The notes beneath the pieces are model-generated. The model saw only the letters and a program-made list of their open reading frames with translations. It was not told the origin of the DNA and did no database searches. Shown in pieces: positions 9,717 through 19,356 of a stretch of 64,000 nt of DNA (position 1 is the stretch's first letter; each line of letters begins with the position of its first letter). Both the position numbers and the translations under genes were made by a program. The DNA is from Planctomycetota bacterium (lineage in GTDB: Bacteria; Planctomycetota; UBA1135; UBA2386), in the NCBI GenBank assembly GCA_947501605.1, contig CANMWZ010000009.1, positions 32,001-96,000 on the forward strand, in the 5' to 3' direction.

Positions 9717-12700
9717 TCACTTGCTGATGTCGTACCGCTTCAGCTTCTCGTAGAGCGCAGTTCGGGAGATGTCCAGGAAGCGGGCTGTTGCCGACTTGTC
9801 GCCGCCGCAATGTTCCAGCACTGCGATGATCGTTCGGCGCTCGGCTTCGGCGAGGGTGATCGCGGGCCAGGCCACCGGTGCCGCCACCATAGGAGTCACC
9901 GCGGCGGCGCTCCCGCTGATGCCGGCGTCATTCGCCGTCGCGGCGGGGCTCACGGATTGCTGAGGTAGTTGAAGGTCCTCGATGGCTTCCTGCTCGGCCA
10001 GCAGGATTGCGCGCGCCACGACGTGTTGCAGTTCGCGCACGTTCCCAGGCCAGCGGTAGCCGCGCATCTGCTGGAGCGCCTGTTCCGACAGTTTGCGCTG
10101 CGTGCCTTGTTGGCGGCAGAGTTGCGCGACGAAGTGCTGTGCCAGCACGTCAATGTCGCCGTCGCGGAGTCGCAGCGGCGGTACTTGCAGTTCCACCGCT
10201 GCCAGCCGGAAGAACAGATCTTCGCGGAAGTCGCCGCTCTGGACCATTGCGCGCAGGTTCTTGTGCGTGGCCGCGAGGATGCGCACATCGACGTCGACAG
10301 TGTCGCTGCCGCCGATGCGCCGGATCTTCTTCTCCTGCAGCGCCCGCAGCAGTTTGGATTGCAGCTGCGGCGGCATGTCGCCGACCTCGTCGAGAAACAG
10401 CGTTCCGCCTGACGCGAGCTCGAGAAGTCCCGGGCGATCGCGGTCCGCTCCGGTGAACGAGCCCGCGACGTGGCCGAAGAGTTCGCGTTCCATCAACTCG
10501 GCCGGCAGAGCGCTGCAGTTTTCGGCGACGAACGGCCCGCGCGATCGCGCCGCACTGTTCTGGTGGATGGACTGTGCGACGAGCTCCTTGCCGGTGCCGG
10601 TCTCACCGAGGATCAACACCGAAAGGTCGAGCGGGGCGACCTTTTGAATCTGCGCGCGCAGTTCGCGCATCGCCTTGCTGTCGCCGATTAGCGTCGAGGA
10701 TTCGCGACCGCGCACGCGCTGGGCGACTGCGAGTTCGCGCCGGCTGTGCTCGAGTTCGTTGGCGAGTTGCTCTTCCCGGAGCATGCGATCGACGGCGATG
10801 GCGGCTTGGTCTGCAAGCACTTCGAGGCTGGTCTTGTCCTCCTCGCTGAACACGCCGGCGCGGCCCGAGTGTTCGACATAGATGGCGCCAGCCGCGCCAG
10901 TGCCGGAGCGGAACGGTGCGCAGATCGCTGACCGCACCTGCAGATTGCGGATGCTCGGCATCTCCTTCAGCTCGCGGTCGGCCAGAGCGTCCTCTCCAGT
11001 CAAGGTGCGCTGCTGTTGCATGGAGCGGTTGGCCAGCGAGCGACTGAAAGCGTGGCCTCCCGCTTGCGCCGATCCGGCCTGGAACTCGCGCTGCAAGCCG
11101 TCTGGTCGCGCCACCAGCAGATATCCAGTGCGGCCGCCACAGAGGGTGATGGCCGACTCCAGCAGCATGTTCATCGCCTTGTCGAGATCGGATTCGCTGG
11201 CGAGCCGGCGGTTGACGGCCAAGAACGTGCGGAAGAGTTCGCGACTTGGTCCGGTTGGGTCCTGCACGGTGGATTTGGCGCTTCTGCTGGGAGGAGTCGG
11301 GTGCGGAGGTGTGGTCTCAGTTCTCGCTACATCGGTCGATGCGGCGCCTGGCTCCGTCGGTTTCAGCAGGTCGAGGACTTGGGCGATGTCGCCAGCGAAG
11401 CGTGCCCGAGCGGATTCGTCGAGTTCTGCCAGTAGGTTGCGCGCCTCCGCAACGTGATGCTGCAAGGCGAGGGCGCGCGCCAACAGTAACCGAGTGTGGG
11501 CGCCGGCTGCACGCGCCCCGATCTTCTCCAGGGCCTCGAGCGCCGAGCGTAGACGCCGCTCGGCAGCTACGGGATCGCCGGCAGCGAGCGCCGTGCTGCC
11601 GAGCGCGGCCTCGGCGATCGCGGCACCCGCGGCGTCACCCACGTGCTGGAACAGCCCGCGTGCCTGGCGGAAGTGCTCGGTTGCCTCATCCAGCCGGCCG
11701 AGGTCTTTGGTTGCAAGGCCCAGGTTGTGGGTTGCGGTCGCGGCGTGGCGGGCATGACCCAATCGCAGCAGCAGCGCACGCGCGTCGGTCAGAAAAGCGT
11801 GGGCTTCGTCGAGCCGCCCGAGTCGGCGCTCGGCGAGGCCGAGGCTGGTCAGCACCGCCGCGCGCACGAACGGCGCCGAGTCGGCTGGAACTTTGGGGAG
11901 TACCGCCAGCAGCAGGGTGCGCGCGACCTCGCCGTGACCAAGCTGCTCGTGCAGTGCGGCGAGCACCTGCGTTTCGACCGGGCGCGGCGCGCTTCCGACG
12001 GCGTCGCGCAGGAGGCTGAGTGCCGCCTCGACGTCGCCGCCGGCGGCTCGGATCCGGGCGGCAGTTCGTGCTAGATCGCGACGCTGTTCGGCATCCTGTT
12101 CGGGCGGAACGGCGGCAAGCGCGGCACTGGCCTCGTCGACGCGACCGAGGTCGAGGAGTGCTTGCACGCGCTCGGCGGGCAAGTCGCTGCACAGCGGCAG
12201 GGCGCGCGCCGGCTCGCCTGCGGTCAGCAGGCCTTGGGCCAGCGCGCGGCGCAGCGGCCGCTCGGCTTCGGTCGACAGCTTGCGGGCAGCAACGGCAAAG
12301 CGCGCAGTCGCGTTCTCGCCACGGCCAGTGGCCGCCTCGAGGCGAAGCGACTCTGCCGTCACGGGGCCGCTCGGCAATGGCGGGGCGTCGATCCTGCGGC
12401 CTTGCGCCGCTGCCGGCCAACTCCAGCGTGCACCGTCGGGCACGATCTGCCCTTCGGCTGCGCGTCGGACGAGGTCGTAACCAATCGCCGTTGGTGACGC
12501 CCCAACGCTGGTGATCAGGAAGTTGGCGGTCACCAACGCGACGTCGTCCTGCAGCGACAGCACGTCCTTCAAGAACGGGAGCAGCCGCGCAGCGTCGAGT
12601 TCGGGTACTCGGATCGTGCGCACGGGTGGGCCACCGCACGCAACCAGCACCGCGTCGCCTTCGACGCGGTAGCTGGCCACCGTTCGCTGCGTGCACAATA

Positions 12701-13613
12701 GGTGAAGACCGAGTTGCTCGCGCTCGATCTCGGCGCCGCCTTCGATGCGCAGGTCACTGGGTGCTTGCAAGAAGTCGGCTTCGATTTCGTCACCGAACAG
12801 CGCAACGAGGTCCGGCTGGAGCAGCGACTGCGGTGGTCGGCCAGCGCCTCCGACCAAGAACTCGAGTGCTGCCTGTGCATCGGCGAAGCGCCGCTGCGGT
12901 CGTCGCGACATGCACCGTTCGAGAAACTGCGGGAACGGTGCTGGAAACTCACTCGGAGCGACGTCGGCCGCTTCCCAGAAGTTCGTGTTCGGGAACAGGC
13001 GCAGGAAGCGCGCCAGCGGCACTTGCCCCGCGCGCGGCCAAAGCGCTGCGACCAGCACGGCACCGAGCGAGAACAAATCGCTCCTTGGGTCGGGCGTGCC
13101 CCCGAGCAGTACTTCGGGGGAAGCGAAGAACGGCGTGCCGCCCGCGCCGGCGTGACCGCGACGAACGCCGAGGCCGAAGTCCAGCAGAGCCACTTCGCCC
13201 CGATCGTCGAGCACGAGGTTGGCGGGCTTCAGGTCGAGGTGGAGAACGCCGCGCAGATGGACGAACGCGAGTGTCTCCAACACCTGCCGCGCCAGCGACA
13301 GTGCCTGGTCCGGAAGCAGCGGCAACAGGTCCGAGACTGGTTTCCCGCGCGCGAACTCGCGAAGCAGGAAGACGCGGCCATCGGGCACTTGGCCCACTTC
13401 GCGCATCGCCGGGATCGCTGGGTGATGCAGCGAGAGCAGCAACGATGCTTCTGCCGCCGGCATGTCGGCGTCGAGGACCTTGACCAGCAGCTGCTTCTGC
13501 GTGCGCTTGTCGCGCAGCCTCGCGGACGTGCCTTCGCCGCCGCGATACGTCTGCACAACGTCGAAGCGGTCTGCGAATGCCGCTGCCGGAAACTCGCGTT
13601 CTGGCGCCGTCAC
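9717..13613 (-). CDS. Ser/Thr kinase-TPR-GAF-sigma54 AAA+ activator-Fis HTH fusion
   Basis: Kinase HLDLKPAN, DFG, GTPFFASPE; TPR-like helices; GAF SIRNLQVRSAICAP; GETGTGKE, ELFGHVAGSFTGA, LFLDEVG, WPGNVRELQ; HTH ARFLDISRTALYEKL. Confidence 0.92.
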   Translation of the reverse strand: MTAPEREFPAAAFADRFDVVQTYRGGEGTSARLRDKRTQKQLLVKVLDADMPAAEASLLLSLHHPAIPAMREVGQVPDGRVFLLREFARGKPVSDLLPLLPDQALSLARQVLETLAFVHLRGVLHLDLKPANLVLDDRGEVALLDFGLGVRRGHAGAGGTPFFASPEVLLGGTPDPRSDLFSLGAVLVAALWPRAGQVPLARFLRLFPNTNFWEAADVAPSEFPAPFPQFLERCMSRRPQRRFADAQAALEFLVGGAGRPPQSLLQPDLVALFGDEIEADFLQAPSDLRIEGGAEIEREQLGLHLLCTQRTVASYRVEGDAVLVACGGPPVRTIRVPELDAARLLPFLKDVLSLQDDVALVTANFLITSVGASPTAIGYDLVRRAAEGQIVPDGARWSWPAAAQGRRIDAPPLPSGPVTAESLRLEAATGRGENATARFAVAARKLSTEAERPLRRALAQGLLTAGEPARALPLCSDLPAERVQALLDLGRVDEASAALAAVPPEQDAEQRRDLARTAARIRAAGGDVEAALSLLRDAVGSAPRPVETQVLAALHEQLGHGEVARTLLLAVLPKVPADSAPFVRAAVLTSLGLAERRLGRLDEAHAFLTDARALLLRLGHARHAATATHNLGLATKDLGRLDEATEHFRQARGLFQHVGDAAGAAIAEAALGSTALAAGDPVAAERRLRSALEALEKIGARAAGAHTRLLLARALALQHHVAEARNLLAELDESARARFAGDIAQVLDLLKPTEPGAASTDVARTETTPPHPTPPSRSAKSTVQDPTGPSRELFRTFLAVNRRLASESDLDKAMNMLLESAITLCGGRTGYLLVARPDGLQREFQAGSAQAGGHAFSRSLANRSMQQQRTLTGEDALADRELKEMPSIRNLQVRSAICAPFRSGTGAAGAIYVEHSGRAGVFSEEDKTSLEVLADQAAIAVDRMLREEQLANELEHSRRELAVAQRVRGRESSTLIGDSKAMRELRAQIQKVAPLDLSVLILGETGTGKELVAQSIHQNSAARSRGPFVAENCSALPAELMERELFGHVAGSFTGADRDRPGLLELASGGTLFLDEVGDMPPQLQSKLLRALQEKKIRRIGGSDTVDVDVRILAATHKNLRAMVQSGDFREDLFFRLAAVELQVPPLRLRDGDIDVLAQHFVAQLCRQQGTQRKLSEQALQQMRGYRWPGNVRELQHVVARAILLAEQEAIEDLQLPQQSVSPAATANDAGISGSAAAVTPMVAAPVAWPAITLAEAERRTIIAVLEHCGGDKSATARFLDISRTALYEKLKRYDISK

Positions 13614-13638
13614 CGAGACTCCATCGGATCCGGAAGCG

Positions 13639-14325
13639 TTAGCTCTTGCCGCGGCGCAAGAACAGGCCAAGCATGTGACCCGAGCCGATCAGGAACAGCG
13701 GCTTGGCAAAGCGCTCGTCATAGCCGGCTTCGGCGGCGATGGCGCGGACGCGGTCGTTGCGTAGGACGTTCTTGGGCTTCTTGTTGCCGAGCGCGACCCG
13801 GACCTGGCGTAGGCGGTTCTTGAGCGAGGTTGCCGAGAACCACGTAACGATCACAGAACGCCGAGCCACGCGGAACAGCTCGCGCAGGTGCAACTCGCGT
13901 AGCTCTTGCGACTCGAGGTGGTGCGACAGGCGGAAGCTCACAACCGAGTCGACGCTGCGGTCGGGCAGCGGAATCTGCAGCGCCGAGCAGCGCATGTAGC
14001 GGCGGGCTGCTGGCCCGATGTCTTCTCGCGCGCCGTGATCGCGTTGATTGAGCGACACCATGGTGAACGACCAGTCCGCTTCGATCAGGTGATCGCACTG
14101 CGCCTGTAGCAGGTCGGCGAGTCTGCCGTGGCCGCATGGCAGGTCGAGCATGGTGCCGACGTGGCCGATTTCGGCGAAGTAGCGCAGTAGCAGAGCGCGT
14201 TCGCGGCGGTCGGAGAGTTTGCGGTGCAGCTTGTTCTGGTAGTCGGCCTTGTAGGCCTGGGCACCGCGTCCGCTGTTGTAGTTCTGCAGCTTGCCTTGCT
14301 GCATGGGCGCGTGGATCTGGGTCAT
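13639..14325 (-). CDS. Class I SAM-dependent methyltransferase
   Basis: MLDLPCGHGR motif I, EADWSFTM, IPLPDRSVD; ATGA overlap with the upstream gene. Confidence 0.85.
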   Translation of the reverse strand: MTQIHAPMQQGKLQNYNSGRGAQAYKADYQNKLHRKLSDRRERALLLRYFAEIGHVGTMLDLPCGHGRLADLLQAQCDHLIEADWSFTMVSLNQRDHGAREDIGPAARRYMRCSALQIPLPDRSVDSVVSFRLSHHLESQELRELHLRELFRVARRSVIVTWFSATSLKNRLRQVRVALGNKKPKNVLRNDRVRAIAAEAGYDERFAKPLFLIGSGHMLGLFLRRGKS

Positions 14326-15143
14326 GATGCTGGGTCGACTCGCTTGTGGGTCGAGCGGCGGAGAATATACGTTCTCAGCGCCATCGACAGGTTCTTTCGC
14401 CAGCGGTTGCCTGACCGAGTGCGGCGAGCAAGCTCGCGCCAGAGACGCCGCGCGACTGCGCGGTTGTCGTCGGCGTACGCGAGCAGCATGCGCAACCGTT
14501 CGGGTGCGGTCCACTCGACCCGGCGACTTGGCGACCCATTGGCGTCGTAGAGGTCGAGCAGGGTCTGCGACCGCGGCACGGGACCCGGGAAGGCGACCAC
14601 CGCAGGCAAGTCGCATAGCAGCAGTTGCGCAGATGCCAATGGGCCTTTGACAAGCACGTTGCGCGGCATTGGCGTGCACCACAGAAGTCCGCGGTCGTGC
14701 AATTGCGCCAACAGACGGCCGAGCCCGGCGGCGAGCGCGCGCCGTTCGCTCCCGTGCCCAGTGCGCGGCAGGCTTGCCAAAGCAGCCTTCAAGGTCGTGG
14801 TGTCGTCGATCCAGCCGGTTACCAACGTCGACGAGCGAACGAAGCCGAAGCTGCGCACCTCGCTCCAGGCGCGTGGTCTGGTGCACTGCAGTCCGAGGTG
14901 TTCGGCGGCCGCGAGGTTCTCGAACTCGCGCGCGGCCCGGCTCCGCCGCGCAAAGGTCTGCAGCCAGCGCATGCCGAGATTGCGATAGGTCTTTCGCACC
15001 ACAGCCTCGGCACCGGTGCCCAGCAGTTCCACGACAGCTGCCGGTTCGTCCTTGAGCACGATGCGGCGCTGGGCGGCGAGGCGGTCGAGGTCGTCGGCGG
15101 AGACGGCGAGCAAGGCGGCGAAGTCTACTCGTCGCTGCGCCAT
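14322..15143 (-). CDS. Lipopolysaccharide kinase (Kdo/WaaP/InaA)-like protein with a degenerate catalytic loop
   Basis: VRKTY...RSRAAREFENL and LAQLHDRG; WCTPMPRNVLV in place of HxDxxxxN; LCDL. Confidence 0.65.
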   Translation of the reverse strand: MAQRRVDFAALLAVSADDLDRLAAQRRIVLKDEPAAVVELLGTGAEAVVRKTYRNLGMRWLQTFARRSRAAREFENLAAAEHLGLQCTRPRAWSEVRSFGFVRSSTLVTGWIDDTTTLKAALASLPRTGHGSERRALAAGLGRLLAQLHDRGLLWCTPMPRNVLVKGPLASAQLLLCDLPAVVAFPGPVPRSQTLLDLYDANGSPSRRVEWTAPERLRMLLAYADDNRAVARRLWRELARRTRSGNRWRKNLSMALRTYILRRSTHKRVDPAS

Positions 15144-15168
15144 CCGTAGGAGGACGGATCGTGAACCC

Positions 15169-16674
15169 TCACTGGATCGTGAAGGTGGTCGCGTTCGAGA
15201 CCACCAGCCCGATGGCGTTCGCGGCGGGGTCGATGAGCAGCCACTGACTGTTGAGCGTGGTGCCGCGCAGTGCCTGATCGAATGGCACCGACAGCGTCAT
15301 CGTTGAGCAGCCGAACGGGTCGGTTGGACCGAGATTCGACACCAGAACGTGGGTCAGCGCGTGGCAGTTGGGTGCGGCGAAGCCGAGCGTCGGGAGGCCG
15401 ATGGCGAGGTCGGTGTCGCGATCCTGGCCGATCGCAAGTAGCGCCAAGTTGCAGCAGTTCGCGTCGTAGAGCGTGAACTTGAGCGGGCTGCCCAGCGAGG
15501 CGGCGTCTTGGGTGGTTGCGAGCGGGAGCCCTCCAGTGGAGCTTCGGCAGCCCTGGCCGTAGGTCGTCGGCAGCGGCGCCGGGCTCAGCTGGCCGCGGAT
15601 CTCGCCGCCGGTGAAGGCATTGGAGTGAACGTTGACGTACCAGAAGCCGGCGCGCAGGTTGAGGAGATCGGCCGGCGAAGCGCTATAGGACCCCGACAGC
15701 CTGCCGGTCTGCGCGTTCAGCGAGAACAGGATCGGCCCGGCAATGCCCGCGGAGCCAGTGTGCACGTGTGCGGCAATGGGTGTGAGGCCCGAATAGGCGC
15801 CCGTCAGGGTGACGCGGTCATCGGGGCCGACGACGAGTTCAGCGCTGCACAGTGCGGTCGATGCGTTCGGCGGAGTCTCTTGGGCACCGCTGCAGCTCGC
15901 CAGGAACTGCGCGCCGAAGTCTGTGCGCAACTGGCCACGAAGCTCGCCCGCTGGGAAGCGCGCTGAGTGCACGTCGACGTAACATCTGCCGGAGCGCAGT
16001 GCCGCGACATCGGCGTCGGAGAGGTGCTCGGTGACTCCACACCACGTGTTGCCGACGCCGATGGCCGCGTCGAGAAGCGGTCCGTTCGATCCCACAGAAC
16101 CGAGGTGCAGATCGGCGACCGTGGCGTTCACCACTCCGGTCGTTTCGATCACGTAGGCCAGGCGGCTTTCGGGCTCGAACAGGAATGCGGTCGCGAGGCC
16201 CGATGCGCTGCTGATCGTCGGCGGGGCAACCTGAGTGCCGCTCAATGCGGACGCGAGGCGCGTGTTCTGCGCTTCTACGATCTGCCCGCGGACTTCGCCG
16301 CTCGGGAACGCGGCAGTGCGCGCATTGAGGTAGAGCCCTTGCGAGCCCAACGCCGTCACCTGAGCCGAGGTCAGCGATCCGGTGCCCGTCCAGGTGGTTG
16401 GATCCGTGGCCGCGAGCGTGAGCACCACCGCCCCGTTGATGCCGGCTGCGCCTTGCTGCACGGTCACGCTGGTCACAGGCCCGCCGGTGCCGAGGATGCA
16501 GCAGTAAGCGCGCACCGTGTTGGTGCTCGCGTCATGTCTGAGGACGGCCCAACCCTGAGCTGGCGTCGCGACGGCTGGTGACGCGTGAGCGCCGTCGAGG
16601 TAGGCAGACCAATAGCTCACCTGCGCCGACAAGGCGGTGCACAGCACGACGAGTGCGAGCAGGTGGCGGTACAT
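15169..16674 (-). CDS. Secreted protein with 3 CHRD domains plus the shared C-terminal module
   Basis: Signal peptide ending LSA-Q; three copies of Y[LV][ND]xx[TS]xxFxxGE[VLI]RGQ. Confidence 0.85.
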   Translation of the reverse strand: MYRHLLALVVLCTALSAQVSYWSAYLDGAHASPAVATPAQGWAVLRHDASTNTVRAYCCILGTGGPVTSVTVQQGAAGINGAVVLTLAATDPTTWTGTGSLTSAQVTALGSQGLYLNARTAAFPSGEVRGQIVEAQNTRLASALSGTQVAPPTISSASGLATAFLFEPESRLAYVIETTGVVNATVADLHLGSVGSNGPLLDAAIGVGNTWCGVTEHLSDADVAALRSGRCYVDVHSARFPAGELRGQLRTDFGAQFLASCSGAQETPPNASTALCSAELVVGPDDRVTLTGAYSGLTPIAAHVHTGSAGIAGPILFSLNAQTGRLSGSYSASPADLLNLRAGFWYVNVHSNAFTGGEIRGQLSPAPLPTTYGQGCRSSTGGLPLATTQDAASLGSPLKFTLYDANCCNLALLAIGQDRDTDLAIGLPTLGFAAPNCHALTHVLVSNLGPTDPFGCSTMTLSVPFDQALRGTTLNSQWLLIDPAANAIGLVVSNATTFTIQ

Positions 16675-16795
16675 GGTGCGGTTTGAGGAGCGCTGACGTC
16701 CCAACGGCTCGAATAGTGGGACTGCTGCGAACGGATACGAACAAGCTGCAGATAAGCGGCCACGCCAAGGTAACTCAGTCGGCGCGGCTGACAAT

Positions 16796-16833
16796 CCCCA
16801 TGTCTGCCATCGGGCCCCATGTCTGCCATCGGG
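16796..16833. repeat. Perfect 19-bp tandem duplication
   Basis: ccccatgtctgccatcggg x2. Confidence 0.85.
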
Positions 16834-16841
16834 CTCGCGGG

Positions 16842-17675
16842 CTAGCGGCCGGACCTGCGTGGCACGGCCGCACGCATTCGTTGTAGCAAGGGATCCTGCG
16901 GCCAAGCACCCACTGCGGTCGACTGGACGAGGTTCGTGAACATCATTGGATGCTCGATCTTGGGCGTGCGCAGGTCGAGGCTGCGGCGCACCGCACGGAC
17001 AGCGAGCACCGCCGCGGGGATGAGCATGATGCCGGGCTCATCGAACTCCGCCGGCTGCCCGGGGGCGCTGCGCGTGCATTCGAGGTGCAAGTCGCAGAGT
17101 GACTGCAGGCGGCGGGCCAGCATGTCGCTGTCGCCGGTCCACGCTTGCAGCACGTCGCCGTAGAGGCCGAGTCGCGGCGTGATCACGGAGCGCCGATGTT
17201 GTCGAAGCCCGAGCAACTCGTGAAGGAACAGCGGCCAGGCGTCGTTTTCGCCGAAGCGATCCTGAGGCAGTTCCGCGTAGGCCTCGAGCAGTTCCTCGCC
17301 GTCGGGGTCGTCCAAGGCCAGAACCAGCGCGGCGCAGTTGGCGGTCTGCAGCACCGGCAAATCCGCGGCTTCCCCGCGGCGCGTGTTGGTGCGCTTCTGG
17401 CAGCGCAGCCATAGGGAGGTCCGCTGGAACGCGGCCCCGAGCCGAATGCGCTCCCAGCCGCTCTGATCGCCTTCGAGCACCGTGAGTTCACCACAGCCGA
17501 GGTGCCAAGTACCGAGCAGATAGCCGGCGATGGAGAGCTGGGTGCTGCGGCGTGGGTCAGCGAGCGCGTCCTCCACCATGCGCACCGGGCCGCGATGGAA
17601 GTTGCGCTCGGTGCTGGGTTGTAGGGTCCATTCGCGCAAACGGCGCTGCAGGCTGGTGACGTCAGTGGGAGGCAT
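16842..17675 (-). CDS. Hypothetical helical protein, possibly immunity-protein-like
   Basis: Plausible coding composition; C-terminal LIPAAVLAVRAVRRSLDLRTPKIEHPMM. Confidence 0.6.
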   Translation of the reverse strand: MPPTDVTSLQRRLREWTLQPSTERNFHRGPVRMVEDALADPRRSTQLSIAGYLLGTWHLGCGELTVLEGDQSGWERIRLGAAFQRTSLWLRCQKRTNTRRGEAADLPVLQTANCAALVLALDDPDGEELLEAYAELPQDRFGENDAWPLFLHELLGLRQHRRSVITPRLGLYGDVLQAWTGDSDMLARRLQSLCDLHLECTRSAPGQPAEFDEPGIMLIPAAVLAVRAVRRSLDLRTPKIEHPMMFTNLVQSTAVGAWPQDPLLQRMRAAVPRRSGR

Positions 17676-17753
17676 GCGCGGTGGGCGTGGCCGGGGTGGC
17701 GCGTTGCGGCACCCGAACAGCACGCAGTCTGCCGGCAGGCTAGACTCCTCGCC

Positions 17754-19262
17754 ATGCCCTATCTACGCGCCTTGCTGTCGATCCTCGTCGCGGCGGTCTT
17801 CGCCGGCTCGCTGCGAGCGACGTGGTCGATCATCTTGATCGACACGCGAACGGGGGAGATTGCCATCGCTTCGGCCACGTGTCTCACTGGTTTCGATCTG
17901 CAGCGCGAAGCCTGCGTCGTGCTCGTTGGTCGCGGCGCGGCCGCGGCGCAGTCGTTCGTCGACCTGAGCGGCGCCAATCGCGTACTCATCTTCACGCAAC
18001 TTGGCGCCGGCACCGACCCGACGCAGATTCTCGCGCAGCTCGCGGCCACGGACACCGGGCACCAATCGCGCCAGTACGGGATTGTCGACACGCAAGGCCG
18101 AGCGATTGGCTTCAGTGGGACTGGAGCGGGTGCCTTCGCCGGGCACCTCACTGGCCAGATCGGGACGATCGTCTACGCGGTTCAGGGCAACGTGCTCACG
18201 GGCCAGCCGGTGATCACGGCGGCCGAGCAGGCGATCCGCAACACGCCTGGAGACCTCGCCGAGAAGCTGATGGCGGCGATGCAGGCAGCGAGGCTGTTTG
18301 GCGGCGACGGCCGCTGCTCTTGCAACCCGAACCTGCCGACCCAGTGCGGTGCGCCACCGGCGAGTTTCACCAAGTCGGCGCACATCGGCTACATGCTGGT
18401 GGCTCGGCCCGGCGACACCGACGGCGTCTGCAGCGGTGCCGTTGGCTGCGCCAACGGCAGCTACTACCTCAACTTCAACGTCGCCAATCAGCAGAACTCG
18501 TCGCCCGAACCGATCGACCAGCTGCGCCAGCGGTTCTTGAACTGGCGCCTGCAGACCGTGCTGAGACCCGATCATTTCCTGTCGTCGATCGCGGTGGAGC
18601 CGCGCCGCCTGCTCGACGACGGCATCACCACGACACGCCTGCAGATCGAGTTGCGCGATTGGCGCGGGGTGCGGTTGCCGTTTGGCGGCGCGCAGGTAGC
18701 GGTGACCCAAACGTCGGGGCCGGCGCTTGCGATCGGCGGCACGGTCGACAACGGCGACGGTAGCTACTCGGTGCCAGTCGGTCCCGCCAACGCGGTCGGC
18801 ACGGCGACCCTTCGCGTCGTGGTCAACGATGGCCAGGGTCCGGTTCTGCTGACGCCCTCGCCGCAGGTCGAGGTCGCCGCCGACTCGTTGTGGCTGTCGC
18901 GCGGCGCGGTCGGCGCGGTTTCGGGCGGTTCCTTCAACGCCGTGCTCCGCGGGGGAACGGCGTTCGCGAACCGACCCTATCTGTTGCTCGCATCTGCTTC
19001 GGGTACTTCGCCGGGAATTCCCCTGGCCCCAGGGGTCACGCTGCCTCTCGTCCCGGATGGCCTCACGTTCTTCTTGCTCGAGCTCGCGCCGTCGACGACG
19101 TCATTGCTCGGCCCGCTCGACGCGCAGGGGCGCGCGACGTTGCCGTTCGCAGTGCCACCTGGCTTGTTCGCCTCGCTCCCCGGCGGCCGACTCGACTTCG
19201 CCTGGCTGACACTGGCGCCGATCGACTTTGCCAGCAATCCGGCCGGCATCGACCTGCGCTGA
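17754..19262 (+). CDS. Secreted DUF1028 (Ntn-hydrolase-like) protein with an invasin-type Ig domain and a C-terminal module
   Basis: Signal peptide then TWSII; RQYGIVD, YAVQGNVL, GGDGRC; Ig motif DNGDGSYSV. Confidence 0.8.
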   Translation: MPYLRALLSILVAAVFAGSLRATWSIILIDTRTGEIAIASATCLTGFDLQREACVVLVGRGAAAAQSFVDLSGANRVLIFTQLGAGTDPTQILAQLAATDTGHQSRQYGIVDTQGRAIGFSGTGAGAFAGHLTGQIGTIVYAVQGNVLTGQPVITAAEQAIRNTPGDLAEKLMAAMQAARLFGGDGRCSCNPNLPTQCGAPPASFTKSAHIGYMLVARPGDTDGVCSGAVGCANGSYYLNFNVANQQNSSPEPIDQLRQRFLNWRLQTVLRPDHFLSSIAVEPRRLLDDGITTTRLQIELRDWRGVRLPFGGAQVAVTQTSGPALAIGGTVDNGDGSYSVPVGPANAVGTATLRVVVNDGQGPVLLTPSPQVEVAADSLWLSRGAVGAVSGGSFNAVLRGGTAFANRPYLLLASASGTSPGIPLAPGVTLPLVPDGLTFFLLELAPSTTSLLGPLDAQGRATLPFAVPPGLFASLPGGRLDFAWLTLAPIDFASNPAGIDLR

Positions 19263-19356
19263 AGCTTCACGGACGGCGTGCGGCTCGATGCGACGCGGAG
19301 CTTGACGAGAGCGGTCGCGGTGGATGTCCTCTGCCTCCTTCCAACGGAGGCATCGC

